A stretch of DNA of 64,000 nucleotides from Rickettsiales bacterium (GTDB lineage: Bacteria > Pseudomonadota > Alphaproteobacteria > Rs-D84): NCBI GenBank assembly GCA_031265235.1, contig JAISCX010000029.1:19137-83136 (forward strand), given 5' to 3'. The stretch's first letter is position 1. Each line of letters opens with the position of its first letter. A program made the translations under genes and the position numbers. The notes beneath the pieces were generated by a model. The model saw only the letters and a program-made list of their open reading frames with translations, ran no database searches and was not told where the DNA came from. Below, one piece after another: positions 1 to 11,006 of this stretch.

Positions 1-987
1 CGCGAACAGACACTGAACCAGCTGCTTATTGAAATGGACGGATTTTCCAACGATTCCGGAATCATTGTAATCGGCGCCACGAATCGGCCGGACATGCTGG
101 ACAAAGCACTGCTGCGCCCCGGGCGTTTTGACAGACAGGTTTATATAGAACTGCCTAATTTACAGGGCCGCGAAGAAATCTTAGAACTGTATTCGAAAAA
201 AATGAAGCTTGCAAAGTCTGTGGGCCTGAAAAACGTCGCGCGCGGCACAACCGGCTTTTCCGGGGCGGATTTGGAAAACCTGCTGAACGAAGCGGCGCTG
301 GTCGCGGCGCGTTTGGGCCACAAAGAAATTGAAAATTCCGATCTGGAAGAAGCGCGCGACAAAACGCTGATGGGACCCAAGAAAAACAAGAAAATGCGCG
401 ACTGGGACAAGCGTCTTACCGCATATCACGAGGCCGGGCATGCGTTCATTTCCGTGCATTACGCGGATCTCGTCGATCCGATTCACAAGGCGACGATTAT
501 CCCGCGCGGGCGATCGCTCGGCATGACACAGTTTTTGCCGACCGATGATAAGGTGTCGCTGACGATATCGGAAATCAAGGCGAACATGTCCGTCGCGATG
601 GGCGGACGCGCCGCCGAAGAAGTATTTCTTGGCGCCGACAAGATCACGACAGGGGCGGAAATGGACATCGCGCACGCGACGTATCTGGCGCGGCGGTCGA
701 TCACCATGGACGGGCTGTCAGAAAAGATAGGCCCGGTCGCGATAAACCAGGCCGATACGTTCGGAACGCGCCACGCATTGGAAAGCGCTTCGCAGAAAAC
801 GGCCGAACTGGTGGATTCTGAAATCCGCAGCTGGATGGACACAGCGCACCGGGACGCGAAAAATATTCTTGGCAAAAACCGCGAAAAAGTCAAAAAGCTG
901 GCCGAAGAATTGCTGGCCCGTGAAACACTGTCGCGCGAAGAGATCGAAAAAATAATCATCGGCAAAAAGATGAAAAAGAAAAACTAA
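1..987 (+). CDS. ftsH: ATP-dependent zinc metalloprotease FtsH, C-terminal part (5' end lies upstream of the window)
   Basis: Frame-1 translation from nt 1 reads [15 protein letters not shown]...[21 protein letters not shown], the AAA second region of homology. HEAGHA zinc-binding motif and FtsH C-terminal helical region are present. The ORF track starts at an internal Met at 34. Confidence 0.9.
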   Translation, partial: REQTLNQLLIEMDGFSNDSGIIVIGATNRPDMLDKALLRPGRFDRQVYIELPNLQGREEILELYSKKMKLAKSVGLKNVARGTTGFSGADLENLLNEAALVAARLGHKEIENSDLEEARDKTLMGPKKNKKMRDWDKRLTAYHEAGHAFISVHYADLVDPIHKATIIPRGRSLGMTQFLPTDDKVSLTISEIKANMSVAMGGRAAEEVFLGADKITTGAEMDIAHATYLARRSITMDGLSEKIGPVAINQADTFGTRHALESASQKTAELVDSEIRSWMDTAHRDAKNILGKNREKVKKLAEELLARETLSREEIEKIIIGKKMKKKN

Positions 988-1021
988 TCCAATATTATAA
1001 CCAAATTGAAAGGATTAGATT

Positions 1022-2314
1022 ATGTCAAACGCATACGCGGGCATTGATTTCGGGACGACAAACACCACCGCGGCGGTTGCCGGCGGCGGCATGGCGCCAC
1101 ATATTGTTCCTATTGAAAATAATGACGTGGCCACCCCCAGCGCAATATTTTTTGAAGAAAAAACCGGCCGGGTGTTTTTCGGTCGCGCAGCTATGCAGAA
1201 ATATATGAACGCGGACCCTGGCCGCTTCATGCGATCGTTAAAGCGCGTTCTGGGCACGAATCTTATGATGACCGGCACCATTATTAACGGCCGACCATGG
1301 ACGTTTCAGGATATACTCGGCACCTTTATGGAAAATGTCAAAGCCAGACTGGACGCCGCGGCGGGACAAAGCATAGAACATGTTGTAATGGGGCGTCCGG
1401 TGCATTTTCGCGACAATGACCCGACCGGCGACGCATTGGCAGAGAAAGAGCTGGAACAAATTGCGAAGAAATCGGGGTTCAAGGAAGTCCTGTTTCAATA
1501 TGAACCAATTGCCGGCGCACTTGCCCACGAACAGCTGCTGCGTGAAGAAATGCTGGCCGCGGTCATTGACATAGGCGGCGGAACCAGCGATTTTTCGATA
1601 ATCCGGCTTGGCGGCGACCGCGCGGGCAAAGCTGATCGCAAGGATGATATTTTGGCGAATACGGGCGTCAGAATCGGCGGGAATGACTTTGACAAGCGGT
1701 TGTCATTGGAATCTTTTATGCAGGAATTCGGCAAAGGTGTCGAATATAATTCTGGAACTGAAAAACAGCCGAAATTATTGCCGATTCCGACGACTTATTT
1801 TTTTGATCTTTCGGAATGGAGCCATGTAAATTCTCTATATACCCATAAAAACATCAATATGGTCAACAAGTATTGGAAATGGTCCGGAAATAACGAACGG
1901 CTCGGCCGGCTTGTGGAAGTTTTAGAGCATGAACTGGGGCATAAAGTTCTGGCAATGGTGGAAGATACGAAAATCAGTTTGACCGACTTGGAAACATTGG
2001 ATGTTTTGTTGAATTTCCTATCGTCGAAAACCAAGATTCCCGTTACCCGGAAAGAATTCGAAAGAGCGATAGCACCGCAAGCGGTCAAGATATTGGATTC
2101 TGTTAATGAATGCGCAAGACTATCCGGTGTTAAATTCACAGATGTCCAGTTGATAGTCCTTACCGGTGGATCTACAGAGATCCCTTATATTCGCGACACG
2201 CTGTGCAGATTATTTCCAAATGCAAAAGTTTCCAGCGGCGAAAAGCTGTCCAGCGTAGGGCTCGGCCTTGCATTTGATGCCATCCGGCGGTTTGAAAAAA
2301 ATTCCGGACGATAA
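1022..2314 (+). CDS. Hsp70-family actin-like ATPase, short YegD-type DnaK paralog
   Basis: N-terminal GIDFGTTNT phosphate-1 motif and IDIGGGTSDFS phosphate-2 motif of the Hsp70/actin fold. At 430 aa it is too short for DnaK and fits YegD-like proteins. Confidence 0.7.
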   Translation: MSNAYAGIDFGTTNTTAAVAGGGMAPHIVPIENNDVATPSAIFFEEKTGRVFFGRAAMQKYMNADPGRFMRSLKRVLGTNLMMTGTIINGRPWTFQDILGTFMENVKARLDAAAGQSIEHVVMGRPVHFRDNDPTGDALAEKELEQIAKKSGFKEVLFQYEPIAGALAHEQLLREEMLAAVIDIGGGTSDFSIIRLGGDRAGKADRKDDILANTGVRIGGNDFDKRLSLESFMQEFGKGVEYNSGTEKQPKLLPIPTTYFFDLSEWSHVNSLYTHKNINMVNKYWKWSGNNERLGRLVEVLEHELGHKVLAMVEDTKISLTDLETLDVLLNFLSSKTKIPVTRKEFERAIAPQAVKILDSVNECARLSGVKFTDVQLIVLTGGSTEIPYIRDTLCRLFPNAKVSSGEKLSSVGLGLAFDAIRRFEKNSGR

Positions 2315-2344
2315 TAATTATAACTATTACAATAAGGAAAAATC

Positions 2345-2980
2345 TTGCGGACAGAAATTAAAGTCTTCCGAATGCCGCCGGAAAACACGAATTCCGTGCT
2401 GGTGACAAACGGCGCGCTGGCGGCGGTTTTCGATCCGTGGGGGACAACGGAAAACTGGCTGAAATTATTGCGCGACGAAAATCTGACGTTAAAAAATATT
2501 TTCTGCACGCACGGGCATTACGACCATGTTTCCGCGATTCCCGGCCTGATTGCGGATACCGGCGCGAAATGGTTCATGCATCCGGACGATATTCCCGTAA
2601 TCGAATGGTCCAATGAAATTCTGCCGCGGATCGGCGCGAAAAAAATTGATTTGAAAAAAATCCCGCCTTGCCCCATTGCGCCCGGCGCTATGGAAATATT
2701 GCCGGGACTTTCCGCCGAGGCAATTCATACCCCCGGACATTCCGCCGGCAGCATCGCGTTTTATTTTCCAAATGAAAAGCTGTTAATCGCAGGCGACACG
2801 ATTTTTCAAGACGGGTATGGCCGCACGGATTTGCCGACCGGCAGCGAATCGCATATGCGCGAATCGTTAAAAAAAATAAGAAATATGAACCTGGCGGACG
2901 ACACGACCGTCATCCATGGGCATGGCCCGGACACAACGATAGGATATCTGAAAGAAAAAAATCCTTTTTTCTGTTTGTGA
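2345..2980 (+). CDS. MBL-fold metallo-hydrolase (glyoxalase II-like)
   Basis: THGHYDH zinc-binding motif (HxHxDH), later HTPGH and a C-terminal His, about 210 aa. The start may be the TTG at 2345 or the ATG at 2371. Confidence 0.75.
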   Translation: MRTEIKVFRMPPENTNSVLVTNGALAAVFDPWGTTENWLKLLRDENLTLKNIFCTHGHYDHVSAIPGLIADTGAKWFMHPDDIPVIEWSNEILPRIGAKKIDLKKIPPCPIAPGAMEILPGLSAEAIHTPGHSAGSIAFYFPNEKLLIAGDTIFQDGYGRTDLPTGSESHMRESLKKIRNMNLADDTTVIHGHGPDTTIGYLKEKNPFFCL

Positions 2981-3002
2981 AAAATCCATCCGGCGCCGTA
3001 CT

Positions 3003-4049
3003 TTATTCAAAATAGTTCAGATTCATCGCGCGCTTGACGCGGGCCAGCGTTTTCGCCGCCCTTGACCGCGCCCGCATTGTTCCGGCACGCAGTATTTCCA
3101 TAATGGCGCCGGGGTCGCGGGCCAGCGCTTCGCGCCGTTCGCGAATCGGCCGCAGCGTTTCCTGCATGACTTCGTTCAGGAATTTTTTCACCCGGACATC
3201 GCCAAGGCCGCCCCGTTCATAATGCGCGGCCAATTCCGCATAATTCTTATATTCCGGCATAAACGCTGTGAAATGTTCCGGCTTTGCAAACACCGACAGA
3301 TAAACGAACACCGGATTATTTTCCGTATGCCCCGGATCTTCCATGCGCAAATGCAACGGGTCGGTAAACATCGTTTTTATTTTCGCCGCAATTTCATCCG
3401 CGCTGTCTTTCAGATAAATCCCGTTACCAAGCGATTTTCCCATCTTTGCATTGCCATCGATCCCCGGCAGACGCGCCGCGGTTGCGCTTTCAGGCAGCAC
3501 CGCGCGCGGCATGATCAAAGTTTCACCATATATCGAATTAAATTTGCGCACTATTTCCTGGGTCTGTTCAATCATGGGCAGCTGGTCTTCGCCGACAGGC
3601 ACAATCGTCGCATCAAACGCGGTGATGTCCGCCGCCTGGGAAATAGGATACACAAAGAACCCGACCGGCACGCCGCCAGAAAATTTTTCTTTCTGCGCGA
3701 TTTCTGTCTTGACCGTCGGATTACGTTGCAAACGCGCAACAGTGACCAGGTTCATGTAATAGAAAGTCAGCTCTGCCAGCTCTGAAATTTCGGACTGGAT
3801 GAACAGGGTGGATTTTTCCGGATCAAGCCCGACAGACAAATAATCCAGCGCGACTTGCAGAATATTTTCGCGCACTTTTTCCGGGCTGTCGGCATTATCG
3901 GTAAGCGCCTGGGCATCCGCGACCATTATAAAAGGCTCATATTTACCCGTATTTTGCAATTCCACGCGCCGGTATAACGAACCGACATAGTGCCCGATAT
4001 GCAGCGGGCCAGTCGGTCTATCGCCCGTTAATATTATTTCTTTTTTCAT
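3003..4049 (-). CDS. trpS: tryptophan--tRNA ligase
   Basis: Class I aaRS HIGH-type motif ([12 protein letters not shown]) and KMGKS (KMSKS variant). 348 aa is typical of TrpS. Confidence 0.8.
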   Translation of the reverse strand: MKKEIILTGDRPTGPLHIGHYVGSLYRRVELQNTGKYEPFIMVADAQALTDNADSPEKVRENILQVALDYLSVGLDPEKSTLFIQSEISELAELTFYYMNLVTVARLQRNPTVKTEIAQKEKFSGGVPVGFFVYPISQAADITAFDATIVPVGEDQLPMIEQTQEIVRKFNSIYGETLIMPRAVLPESATAARLPGIDGNAKMGKSLGNGIYLKDSADEIAAKIKTMFTDPLHLRMEDPGHTENNPVFVYLSVFAKPEHFTAFMPEYKNYAELAAHYERGGLGDVRVKKFLNEVMQETLRPIRERREALARDPGAIMEILRAGTMRARSRAAKTLARVKRAMNLNYFE

Positions 4050-4089
4050 TTCTTCGCCTTTTGGTTAAGTCTTATACATTTAATCATTT

Positions 4090-4128
4090 TTTTCAATAAT
4101 AAAAAAGGGGCGCGTTAAACGCGCCCCG
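4090..4128 (-). terminator. rho-independent terminator downstream of gap
   Basis: GC hairpin GGGGCGCG-TTAAA-CGCGCCCC followed on the minus strand by a T-run. Confidence 0.7.
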
Positions 4129-4144
4129 CCGCCTTTCTGAAAGA

Positions 4145-5158
4145 TTATATCAATCTTCCAATCTCTGCGGCTGTCGCGCACATGCGGTTCGAAAAACCCC
4201 ATTCGTTATCATACCAAGACGTGACATGCAAAAGCTTGCCATCGACAACCTTGGTCAGGGTCGCGTCAAATATGCTTGAACGCGGATCATTCATAAAGTC
4301 CACGGACACCAGCGGCAGTTCGTTGTATCCCAATACGCCGGCTAGTTTCCCGTCCGCGGCTTTTTTCATGGCCGCGTTGACTTCCGCTTCTGTCACGGCT
4401 TTTTCAAGATTGACGACCAGTTCCACGACGGACACATCAGGCGTCGGAACACGGATCGCGACACCGTTCAATTTTCCTTCCAATTTTGGCAGGACTAATC
4501 CGATCGCCTTGGCCGCGCCCGTACTGGTCGGAATCATGGACACCGCAGCTGCGCGCGCGCGGCGCGGATCCTTGTGATTCTTGTCCAGCAGCTGCTGGTC
4601 GCCGGTATATGCGTGCACGGTTGTCATCCATCCGTCTTTGATTCCGAATGCTTCATCCAGAACCGCGGCCACAGGCGCAAGACAGTTCGTGGTGCACGAA
4701 CCGTTTGATACAATTTTCATGTCTTTGGTCAGAACATCATGGTTCACGCCGTAAACGATTGTGGCATCGGCGCCGTTGCTGGGCGCGGAAACCAATACCC
4801 TCTTCGCGCCCGCGTCAAGATGGACTTTTGCCTTGTCCGCGTCGGTGAATATTCCGGTGCATTCCATAACTATATCGATATCCAGTTCGCGCCAAGGCAG
4901 ATTCGTCGGATCCCTTTCAGAAACCACGGTGATATTATGCCCGCCGACCTTTATAACATTTCCATCAACATCAATCGGCATGTTCAATTTGCCATGGACG
5001 GAATCATATTCCAAAAGATACGCGTTTTGTTCCAGCGGCGCGATGTCGTTGATGGCGACAAATTCCAAATCGTCGCGTTTTGATTCCAGCGCCGCGCGCA
5101 GAATAAGCCTTCCGATGCGTCCGAACCCACTGATTGCAATTCTTGTTTTTTTACTCAT
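4145..5158 (-). CDS. gap: glyceraldehyde-3-phosphate dehydrogenase
   Basis: MSKKTRIAISGFGRIGR NAD-binding N-terminus and ASCTTNCLAP active-site motif. The true start is the ATG at 5158 (337 aa). The longer ORF to 5455 is an upstream in-frame extension with no homology. Confidence 0.9.
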   Translation of the reverse strand: MSKKTRIAISGFGRIGRLILRAALESKRDDLEFVAINDIAPLEQNAYLLEYDSVHGKLNMPIDVDGNVIKVGGHNITVVSERDPTNLPWRELDIDIVMECTGIFTDADKAKVHLDAGAKRVLVSAPSNGADATIVYGVNHDVLTKDMKIVSNGSCTTNCLAPVAAVLDEAFGIKDGWMTTVHAYTGDQQLLDKNHKDPRRARAAAVSMIPTSTGAAKAIGLVLPKLEGKLNGVAIRVPTPDVSVVELVVNLEKAVTEAEVNAAMKKAADGKLAGVLGYNELPLVSVDFMNDPRSSIFDATLTKVVDGKLLHVTSWYDNEWGFSNRMCATAAEIGRLI

Positions 5159-5282
5159 ATTTTTTCTCCTTGATAAAATATTGGACCCTAGATCGTGTCT
5201 ACAAATTATTGTGTGATTTGTAGACACGACTTGGATTATGCCACAAATAAAATTAAAATCCATTGGGAATTTTTTCAAAACA

Positions 5283-5310
5283 AAGCCCCGCCGTCGCGGG
5301 GCTTTGTTTT
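5283..5310. terminator. hairpin terminator-like element
   Basis: AAAGCCCCGC-CGTC-GCGGGGCTTT followed by GTTTT, between gap and the 5322 gene. Confidence 0.4.
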
Positions 5311-5321
5311 GATCAGTAATT

Positions 5322-5705
5322 TTAGCGGCTGAAAAACTTCGCGACTTTGGAATATTTATACCAATCATCCAATTGCAGACGATAGGTATTATCATTGGCA
5401 TATTGCGCATTTGCCGCAGCGTCATATCTTTCTTGACTCGGTTTGGACAAATCACCTCTGTCCATTTTCAACAGCTCTATGCCATCAATTTCCTGCTCCG
5501 CATTATCCCATTCGCTAATAATGGCGTTTTTTTCCTTTTGTTCGGACACCCCAATTACAACCCATGGCGCTATTGCAACCCCCAGCACGCATGCAATCGC
5601 AATTTTCAGCTGTTTGATCTTTTTATCCATGCCGCCGCGCAGCGTGGAAAAGCGCTTGTTCAGCAAATCTTTCTGTTCTTTTGTAAAAATTTCCATAGTT
5701 TCCAT
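5322..5705 (-). CDS. hypothetical single-pass membrane protein
   Basis: 127-aa ORF with a central hydrophobic helix (IAIACVLGVAIAPWVVIGV). No recognisable motif. Confidence 0.4.
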   Translation of the reverse strand: METMEIFTKEQKDLLNKRFSTLRGGMDKKIKQLKIAIACVLGVAIAPWVVIGVSEQKEKNAIISEWDNAEQEIDGIELLKMDRGDLSKPSQERYDAAANAQYANDNTYRLQLDDWYKYSKVAKFFSR

Positions 5706-5825
5706 TTGTTTTTTCCTTTTATTAATGATTCGCTACCCAACTATATTAACATATTACTATTATTGGTATATTTGTCAAGTTATTTTTTCTTTATGATTTT
5801 TGTTTATTGCTTTATAATTTGTTTC

Positions 5826-6722
5826 ATGAACAGGACGTCTTACATAGTCGCGGGGCCAACGGCATCCGGCAAATCTGATTTCGCGCACCTACTGGCACTG
5901 CGGACCGGCGGGGTGATTATAAATTGCGACAGCGTCCAGATGTATCGCGGTATAGAAAACATCAGCGCGTCGCCATTCGCAAATCGCGCATTGACAGACG
6001 ACATAGGCGGCGTCCCGTATAAACTTTTTTCAATACTGCCATTGACCGAACAAATTTCCGTCGCCGATTATCTGGAACGGGCGCGATTGGCATTATCCGC
6101 GGCGCGCGCATCCGGGCGTCCCGCGATTTTTGTCGGCGGCACGGGATTTTATATCAGCGCCCTGCTCTTTGGCATTTCGCCCATACCGGAAATTTCAAAT
6201 GAAAATCGCGCGCGCGCGCGCGACATGGTGCGCGATTATCCGGACGCCGCTTTGCGGCTGCTTAAAAACGCCGATCCTGATAATGCGTATACGGACCCCC
6301 AGCGAATGTCGCGCGCGTTGGAAGTATTTCTTGAAACCGGGCGACCAATGGCGGAATGGCAGACATTGCCGAAACGCGGCGCGATCACGCCGGACGCGTT
6401 TAATATCCTGATAAATCCGCACAAGGAAATTTTGGCGGCGCGGATTGCAAAACGCATTCCGGAAATGATGCAAGGCGGCGCAATGGACGAAGCCCGGGCA
6501 GTGATCGCAGCCGGCTGGGAAAAAGAACGCGCCATTGGCGCGTCGGAACTGGTAAAGCTTATCAGGAACGAAATCAGCGAAAAAGAATGCATGCAGAATT
6601 GGGAAACGCGCACGATCCAATATTCCAAGCGCCAGCGCACTTGGTTTCGGAATCAATACGCGGCCGACATTGAAATCCCGCATGTGCCGACAGAAAAAGA
6701 CTTGGATGCGGTTTTATCATGA
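5826..6722 (+). CDS. miaA: tRNA dimethylallyltransferase
   Basis: N-terminal P-loop YIVAGPTASGKSDFA and MiaA fold. Start taken at the ATG at 5826. The upstream part of the 449-aa ORF has no homology and overlaps the 5322 gene. Confidence 0.9.
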   Translation: MNRTSYIVAGPTASGKSDFAHLLALRTGGVIINCDSVQMYRGIENISASPFANRALTDDIGGVPYKLFSILPLTEQISVADYLERARLALSAARASGRPAIFVGGTGFYISALLFGISPIPEISNENRARARDMVRDYPDAALRLLKNADPDNAYTDPQRMSRALEVFLETGRPMAEWQTLPKRGAITPDAFNILINPHKEILAARIAKRIPEMMQGGAMDEARAVIAAGWEKERAIGASELVKLIRNEISEKECMQNWETRTIQYSKRQRTWFRNQYAADIEIPHVPTEKDLDAVLS

Positions 6723-8917
6723 CGTTCAATCCCGGCGATATTATAAAGGTTCTGGTTCCCATCGCGATTGGCGACGGGTATGACTATCGTCTGGCAATGC
6801 CCGCAGAAATCGGACAGTTTGCCAGCGTCTATGTAATGAACCGGCTTTATGTCGGCGTAATCGTCGGCCTTGGGACATCCAATCTGCCGCATGATAAAAT
6901 CAAGCCGGTCACAGCGATTCATGATTCGCGGCTATCGTCTTGCGATTTGCAATGGATTATGAAGATGTCCGACTGGACAATGATGCCGCCGGGCGCGGTG
7001 CTGCGGCTGATTATTAATGTTCCCGAAGCTTTCGCACCGCAAAAAACGGAACCCCTGTTCGCATATGTTGAGCAGGAAAAAATGTGGATGACCGAACAGC
7101 GCCAGTCCGTCGCCGACGCATTCGCGTCAAATGATTCCGAACCTATGTCCGCTGGGGATATTCAAAACATCGCACGCGTCAGCCCGGCTGTTGTCCGCAC
7201 GATGATAAAAAATGGAATTTTAAAGCAATCTTCTGAAAAAATCATAAATCATAAACCTGAAATCACAAATTATCATGATACGGGAAATGTAATTCTGAAT
7301 GCCGAACAACAGTCCGCCGCGGATTCCATATCGGCTTTCGGTTCCCGGTTCTCGGTTCACGTTCTTGACGGCATCACCGGCAGCGGCAAGACCCAGGTAT
7401 ATTTCGACGCGGCCATTCGCGCATACCAGGGCGGGCGCAGCGTATTATTAATGATGCCGGAAATCGCGCTGACCGCGCAGTTTATGTCTCGATTCGAAGG
7501 GCGGTTTGGCGCAAAGCCCGTCGTATGGCACAGCAATCTGACCGCGGCAAAGCGCCGCGATATCTGGCGCGGGATCGCGGCTGGCGACATTCGCATTATC
7601 GTCGGAACGCGCAGCGCGTTGTTTTTGCCGTGGCAAGATTTGGGATTGATTGTTGTTGATGAAGAACATGACGCATCATACAAACAGGAAGATATGGGGA
7701 ATTATCATGCGCGCGACATGGCGGTATTGCGCGCAAAGATTTCGGATTTTCCGGTGATTCTGGCATCCGCGACGCCCAGTGCGGAAACGATAAAAAAAAT
7801 AGCCGACGGCGCGTATAAGCGTTCGCGTCTGACATCCCGCTTTGGCGGCGCGCAAATACCAACTATCGAAACGATTGATATGCGGAAAGACAGGCCCGAG
7901 AAATTCCCATCCCCCCTGGATAGCGCGGAATCGCCCGGACACCTGTCTCCGACCCTTTGCGGCGCCATTACAGAAACATTGAACGCGGGACGGCAAATCA
8001 TGCTGTTCATCAACCGTCGCGGATACGCGCCGATCACCCAATGCAGAAAGTGCGGATGGGTCGCGCAATGCCCCGATTGTTCCGTCGGCATGACTCATCA
8101 CAAGAAAAGGGGCGCGTTGCTGTGCCATGTCTGCGGGCGGACCATGCCGATGCCATCGGTCTGTCCCGAATGCGGCGGCGCGATTTCGCAGACCGGCATT
8201 GGCATCGAAAAAATCGAAGCGGAATGCAAAGCCCGATGGCACGACGCCCGCATAGCAATAGTATCATCAGATACCATGCAATCGCGCCAGGCATTGGAAC
8301 GTTTGGTCCGGCATATGGAATCAGGCGAGATTGATATTGTCATAGGCACGCAAATCTTGGCCAAGGGACATCATTTCCCCAACTTGACCCTGGTTGGCGT
8401 TGTGGATGCTGATCAGGGATTGTTCGGAACTGACTTTCGCGCGGGCGAACGGACCTTTCAACAATTATTCCAGGTCGCGGGACGCGCGGGACGGGGACAA
8501 ACGCCGGGGCGCGTTCTGTTGCAGACTTACCAGCCGGAACATCCGGTGATAAAGGCGATTGTCGCGGGCAACCGGGATAAATTGATGGACATGGATTTGG
8601 ATGGTCGCCGCGCCGCGGGCATGCCGCCATACGGCCAGCTGGTCGCATTGATTGCCGAGGGACAAAAGGAAACAACGCTGCAAAATTACTGCGCAAGCCT
8701 GGCCGCATGCGCGCCGCGTGCAGAAAAAATAAAGGTATTCGGCCCGATACCCGCACAGATTTACCAAATAAGAAATTGGTTCCGCATGCGGTTTTTAATC
8801 GGTGCGCCGGAACGCGTCAAGATCCAAGAATTTGTGAAAGCCTGGATGGACCGCGCGCCGAAAATGCCTGCGAACGTTAAATTAAAAATAGACGTGAACC
8901 CGCAGAATTTTATGTGA
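6719..8917 (+). CDS. priA: primosomal protein N' (replication restart helicase)
   Basis: Walker A GITGSGKT, DEEHD box, Cys4-type zinc-binding region (CRKCGW...CPDCS...CHVCG...CPECG). 732 aa. ATGA overlap with miaA. Confidence 0.95.
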   Translation: MTFNPGDIIKVLVPIAIGDGYDYRLAMPAEIGQFASVYVMNRLYVGVIVGLGTSNLPHDKIKPVTAIHDSRLSSCDLQWIMKMSDWTMMPPGAVLRLIINVPEAFAPQKTEPLFAYVEQEKMWMTEQRQSVADAFASNDSEPMSAGDIQNIARVSPAVVRTMIKNGILKQSSEKIINHKPEITNYHDTGNVILNAEQQSAADSISAFGSRFSVHVLDGITGSGKTQVYFDAAIRAYQGGRSVLLMMPEIALTAQFMSRFEGRFGAKPVVWHSNLTAAKRRDIWRGIAAGDIRIIVGTRSALFLPWQDLGLIVVDEEHDASYKQEDMGNYHARDMAVLRAKISDFPVILASATPSAETIKKIADGAYKRSRLTSRFGGAQIPTIETIDMRKDRPEKFPSPLDSAESPGHLSPTLCGAITETLNAGRQIMLFINRRGYAPITQCRKCGWVAQCPDCSVGMTHHKKRGALLCHVCGRTMPMPSVCPECGGAISQTGIGIEKIEAECKARWHDARIAIVSSDTMQSRQALERLVRHMESGEIDIVIGTQILAKGHHFPNLTLVGVVDADQGLFGTDFRAGERTFQQLFQVAGRAGRGQTPGRVLLQTYQPEHPVIKAIVAGNRDKLMDMDLDGRRAAGMPPYGQLVALIAEGQKETTLQNYCASLAACAPRAEKIKVFGPIPAQIYQIRNWFRMRFLIGAPERVKIQEFVKAWMDRAPKMPANVKLKIDVNPQNFM

Positions 8918-8919
8918 CA

Positions 8920-9345
8920 TCATTTCATTTTTTGTTTTCTTGCCGCCCATATTTTTTCAAATTCACGATTTCGCGCCAATGTTTTCAGACGGGGAAATCG
9001 TATAAATATGGGATCGGTATCCCACAACTGCATAACCGATTTTCCCGTCGCGCGCTCCAATTTCGCAACATCTTTCTTATTACGTTCATAATATTCGTCA
9101 CCCGAAAGAAAATGCAGGATCGCGTCAAAATCCATTTTCTGCTTGAACAAATCCACAAGAACCCAATCCGCCAATTGTTTTCGTCCGCCGGAACCGATGG
9201 TCAGCCAGCCGGCGGCGCTTTGCGCGGGCCCGGTCAGCAGAATCCAGTGCGCCGCGCTGCGCGCGCGCGTCAAGGCATAGCCAAAACATGCTTTCTTGAA
9301 TTTATTCATTCCAGCGAACTTACTAAAAATACCAAGAATACGCAA
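8920..9345 (-). CDS. hypothetical protein
   Basis: 141-aa ORF immediately downstream of priA on the opposite strand. No confident motif. Confidence 0.35.
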   Translation of the reverse strand: MRILGIFSKFAGMNKFKKACFGYALTRARSAAHWILLTGPAQSAAGWLTIGSGGRKQLADWVLVDLFKQKMDFDAILHFLSGDEYYERNKKDVAKLERATGKSVMQLWDTDPIFIRFPRLKTLARNREFEKIWAARKQKMK

Positions 9346-9357
9346 GACCGGAAAAAA

Positions 9358-10707
9358 TCAAACCAGCGCGCATGCGTCCGCAGATTGACGGTTCAGCCGG
9401 CGCAGCAATCCGAACATCAGGCATGCCGCCAGCGCGCAGGAAAAAATATCGCCGACCGGCCATAAAACCATCAGGCCCTTGATCCCCCAGAAATACGAAC
9501 CGATATATATGGCCGGCAATGCGAATCCGATCGCACGCATAAAGTTCAGAATCAGCGAACGCATGTAATGCCCGGTCGCGTTCATAAATACGCCGGATAC
9601 GAACACCATGCCCAAAAATGGAAAGCTGATCGCCAGCCAGCTGATCGCGCGTGCCGCCAGCGCGCTTGACGCGCCGTCGCCGAATGCGCTGGCCAGCGTG
9701 CCGCCGAAAACCCAGATCGCCACCATCGCCGCGCAAAGCCAGACTTCGGTTGCAAAGAATGCTTTCATCAGCGCCGAACGCACGCGGGCGAATTTCCCGG
9801 CGCCGTAATTGTATCCGGCGATTGCCTGCATCGCCTGGGTGAATCCGAATACCGGCATCGTTAAAAATTGCTGGACAACGATGACGACCGCCCACGCGCC
9901 TATGGCGACGTCGCCACCATTCTTGGCCAGAACACCATTGACCACAAAGCTGTTCGCCGCGAATGCCAGATGCAGGACGAACGGCGCGGCGCCGAATTTG
10001 CAGATCGTCCACATTACGCGCGGACTGGGCATTTCAAAGGCAAGCCGCACCACGGATTTCCTGAACGAAAACGCCACCATGACAAATATCGAAAACATCG
10101 CGACCGCGGTGGCGATGCCGGCGCCGGCCATACCCATGTCCATATGAATTATAAGAACATAGTCCAGGATTATATTCACGACGCTGCCCGCAATCGCGTT
10201 CGCCATGGCGCGCCCGGGGCGGCCCAGGCTGCGCACGAACTGGTTCAGTCCGTTTCCCATTATGTCGAAAAATACCCCGCATAAAAGAAACGTCATGAAT
10301 TGCCGCGCAAGTGGCAAGGTCTCTGCCGACGCGCCGCACGCAATCAGAATATCGTTCATAAAAAAGCCGGTTGCCGCGATGTATGCCGCGCCCAGAATGC
10401 TCTGCAGCCATATGGTATTTCGCACGATTTTGTTTGCGGCCGGCGCGTCCCCGCAGCCAAGCTTTATGGAGAATAAGGCGTTCCCGCCAACGCCGCAAAG
10501 AAGATTGATTGTTATCGCGATCAGAAACAGCGGCGCGGCAATGCCAAGCGCAGCAAGCCCGGTGTCGCCCAAAGCCGCGCCGATAAAGATTCTGTTGGAT
10601 GCGTTGTAAACGGCGCCGACCATGAACGATATTATTGCGGGCATCGCAAACCGCCACAGTAACCCGCCGACCGGCGCCGTCCCAAGACGCGTTGTTTCCT
10701 TGTTCAT
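9358..10707 (-). CDS. MATE-family multidrug efflux transporter (NorM-like)
   Basis: 449 aa with 12 predicted TM helices and MATE signature segments. An internal duplication is apparent. Confidence 0.85.
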   Translation of the reverse strand: MNKETTRLGTAPVGGLLWRFAMPAIISFMVGAVYNASNRIFIGAALGDTGLAALGIAAPLFLIAITINLLCGVGGNALFSIKLGCGDAPAANKIVRNTIWLQSILGAAYIAATGFFMNDILIACGASAETLPLARQFMTFLLCGVFFDIMGNGLNQFVRSLGRPGRAMANAIAGSVVNIILDYVLIIHMDMGMAGAGIATAVAMFSIFVMVAFSFRKSVVRLAFEMPSPRVMWTICKFGAAPFVLHLAFAANSFVVNGVLAKNGGDVAIGAWAVVIVVQQFLTMPVFGFTQAMQAIAGYNYGAGKFARVRSALMKAFFATEVWLCAAMVAIWVFGGTLASAFGDGASSALAARAISWLAISFPFLGMVFVSGVFMNATGHYMRSLILNFMRAIGFALPAIYIGSYFWGIKGLMVLWPVGDIFSCALAACLMFGLLRRLNRQSADACALV

Positions 10708-10772
10708 TAATGTATTCCTGTATTTAATTTTTATCCGTTAAAAAAACGGCGGAACGCCGTTTTGAATTAAAG

Positions 10773-10849
10773 TGGTCGGAGTGGCGGGGTTCGAACCCAC
10801 GACCTCTGCGTCCCGAACGCAGCACTCTACCAGGCTGAGCTACACTCCG
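10773..10849 (-). tRNA. tRNA-Pro (anticodon CGG)
   Basis: The reverse complement folds as a cloverleaf: acceptor CGGAGTG/CACTCCG, anticodon stem CTGCG/CGCAG with loop TTCGGGA, T-arm GTGGGTTCGAACCC, 3' CCA encoded. Confidence 0.9.
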
Positions 10850-11006
10850 ATTGCGTCGGATTATGCAATACGCTCTTGCAAAAATCAAGTTATTTGTTAA
10901 AATGCTTAAATGCGTCCGAATACTTATATCCGAACCGCGCCACCGTATGGTCGGATTCGTCATGAATTTTCGGACAGATAATCCACTTTAATAAAATGGG
11001 CGCGTT

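Noticed and set aside
3222-3785. 187-aa plus-strand ORF rich in Arg, His and Phe
   Set aside because: It is antisense to trpS, which has class I synthetase motifs. The composition is typical of reverse-frame artefacts.
5159-5455. N-terminal 99-aa extension of the gap ORF
   Set aside because: GAPDH homology begins exactly at the internal MSKKTRIAISGFGRIGR. The extension has no similarity and would overlap the neighbouring gene.
5373-5825. N-terminal 151-aa extension of the miaA ORF
   Set aside because: The MiaA P-loop starts at the Met at 5826. The extension is a hydrophobic low-complexity translation that overlaps the minus-strand membrane protein gene.
9323-10657. Several long ORFs antisense to or frame-shifted within the MATE transporter gene
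   Set aside because: The MATE frame has a complete 12-TM topology. The alternatives are Arg/Gly-rich GC-driven artefacts.
10850-11006. Possible Mg-sensing leader or riboswitch upstream of corA
   Set aside because: Only short, imperfect stems (CCGAA repeats) are visible. Nothing resembles the M-box architecture or length, so it is not called.
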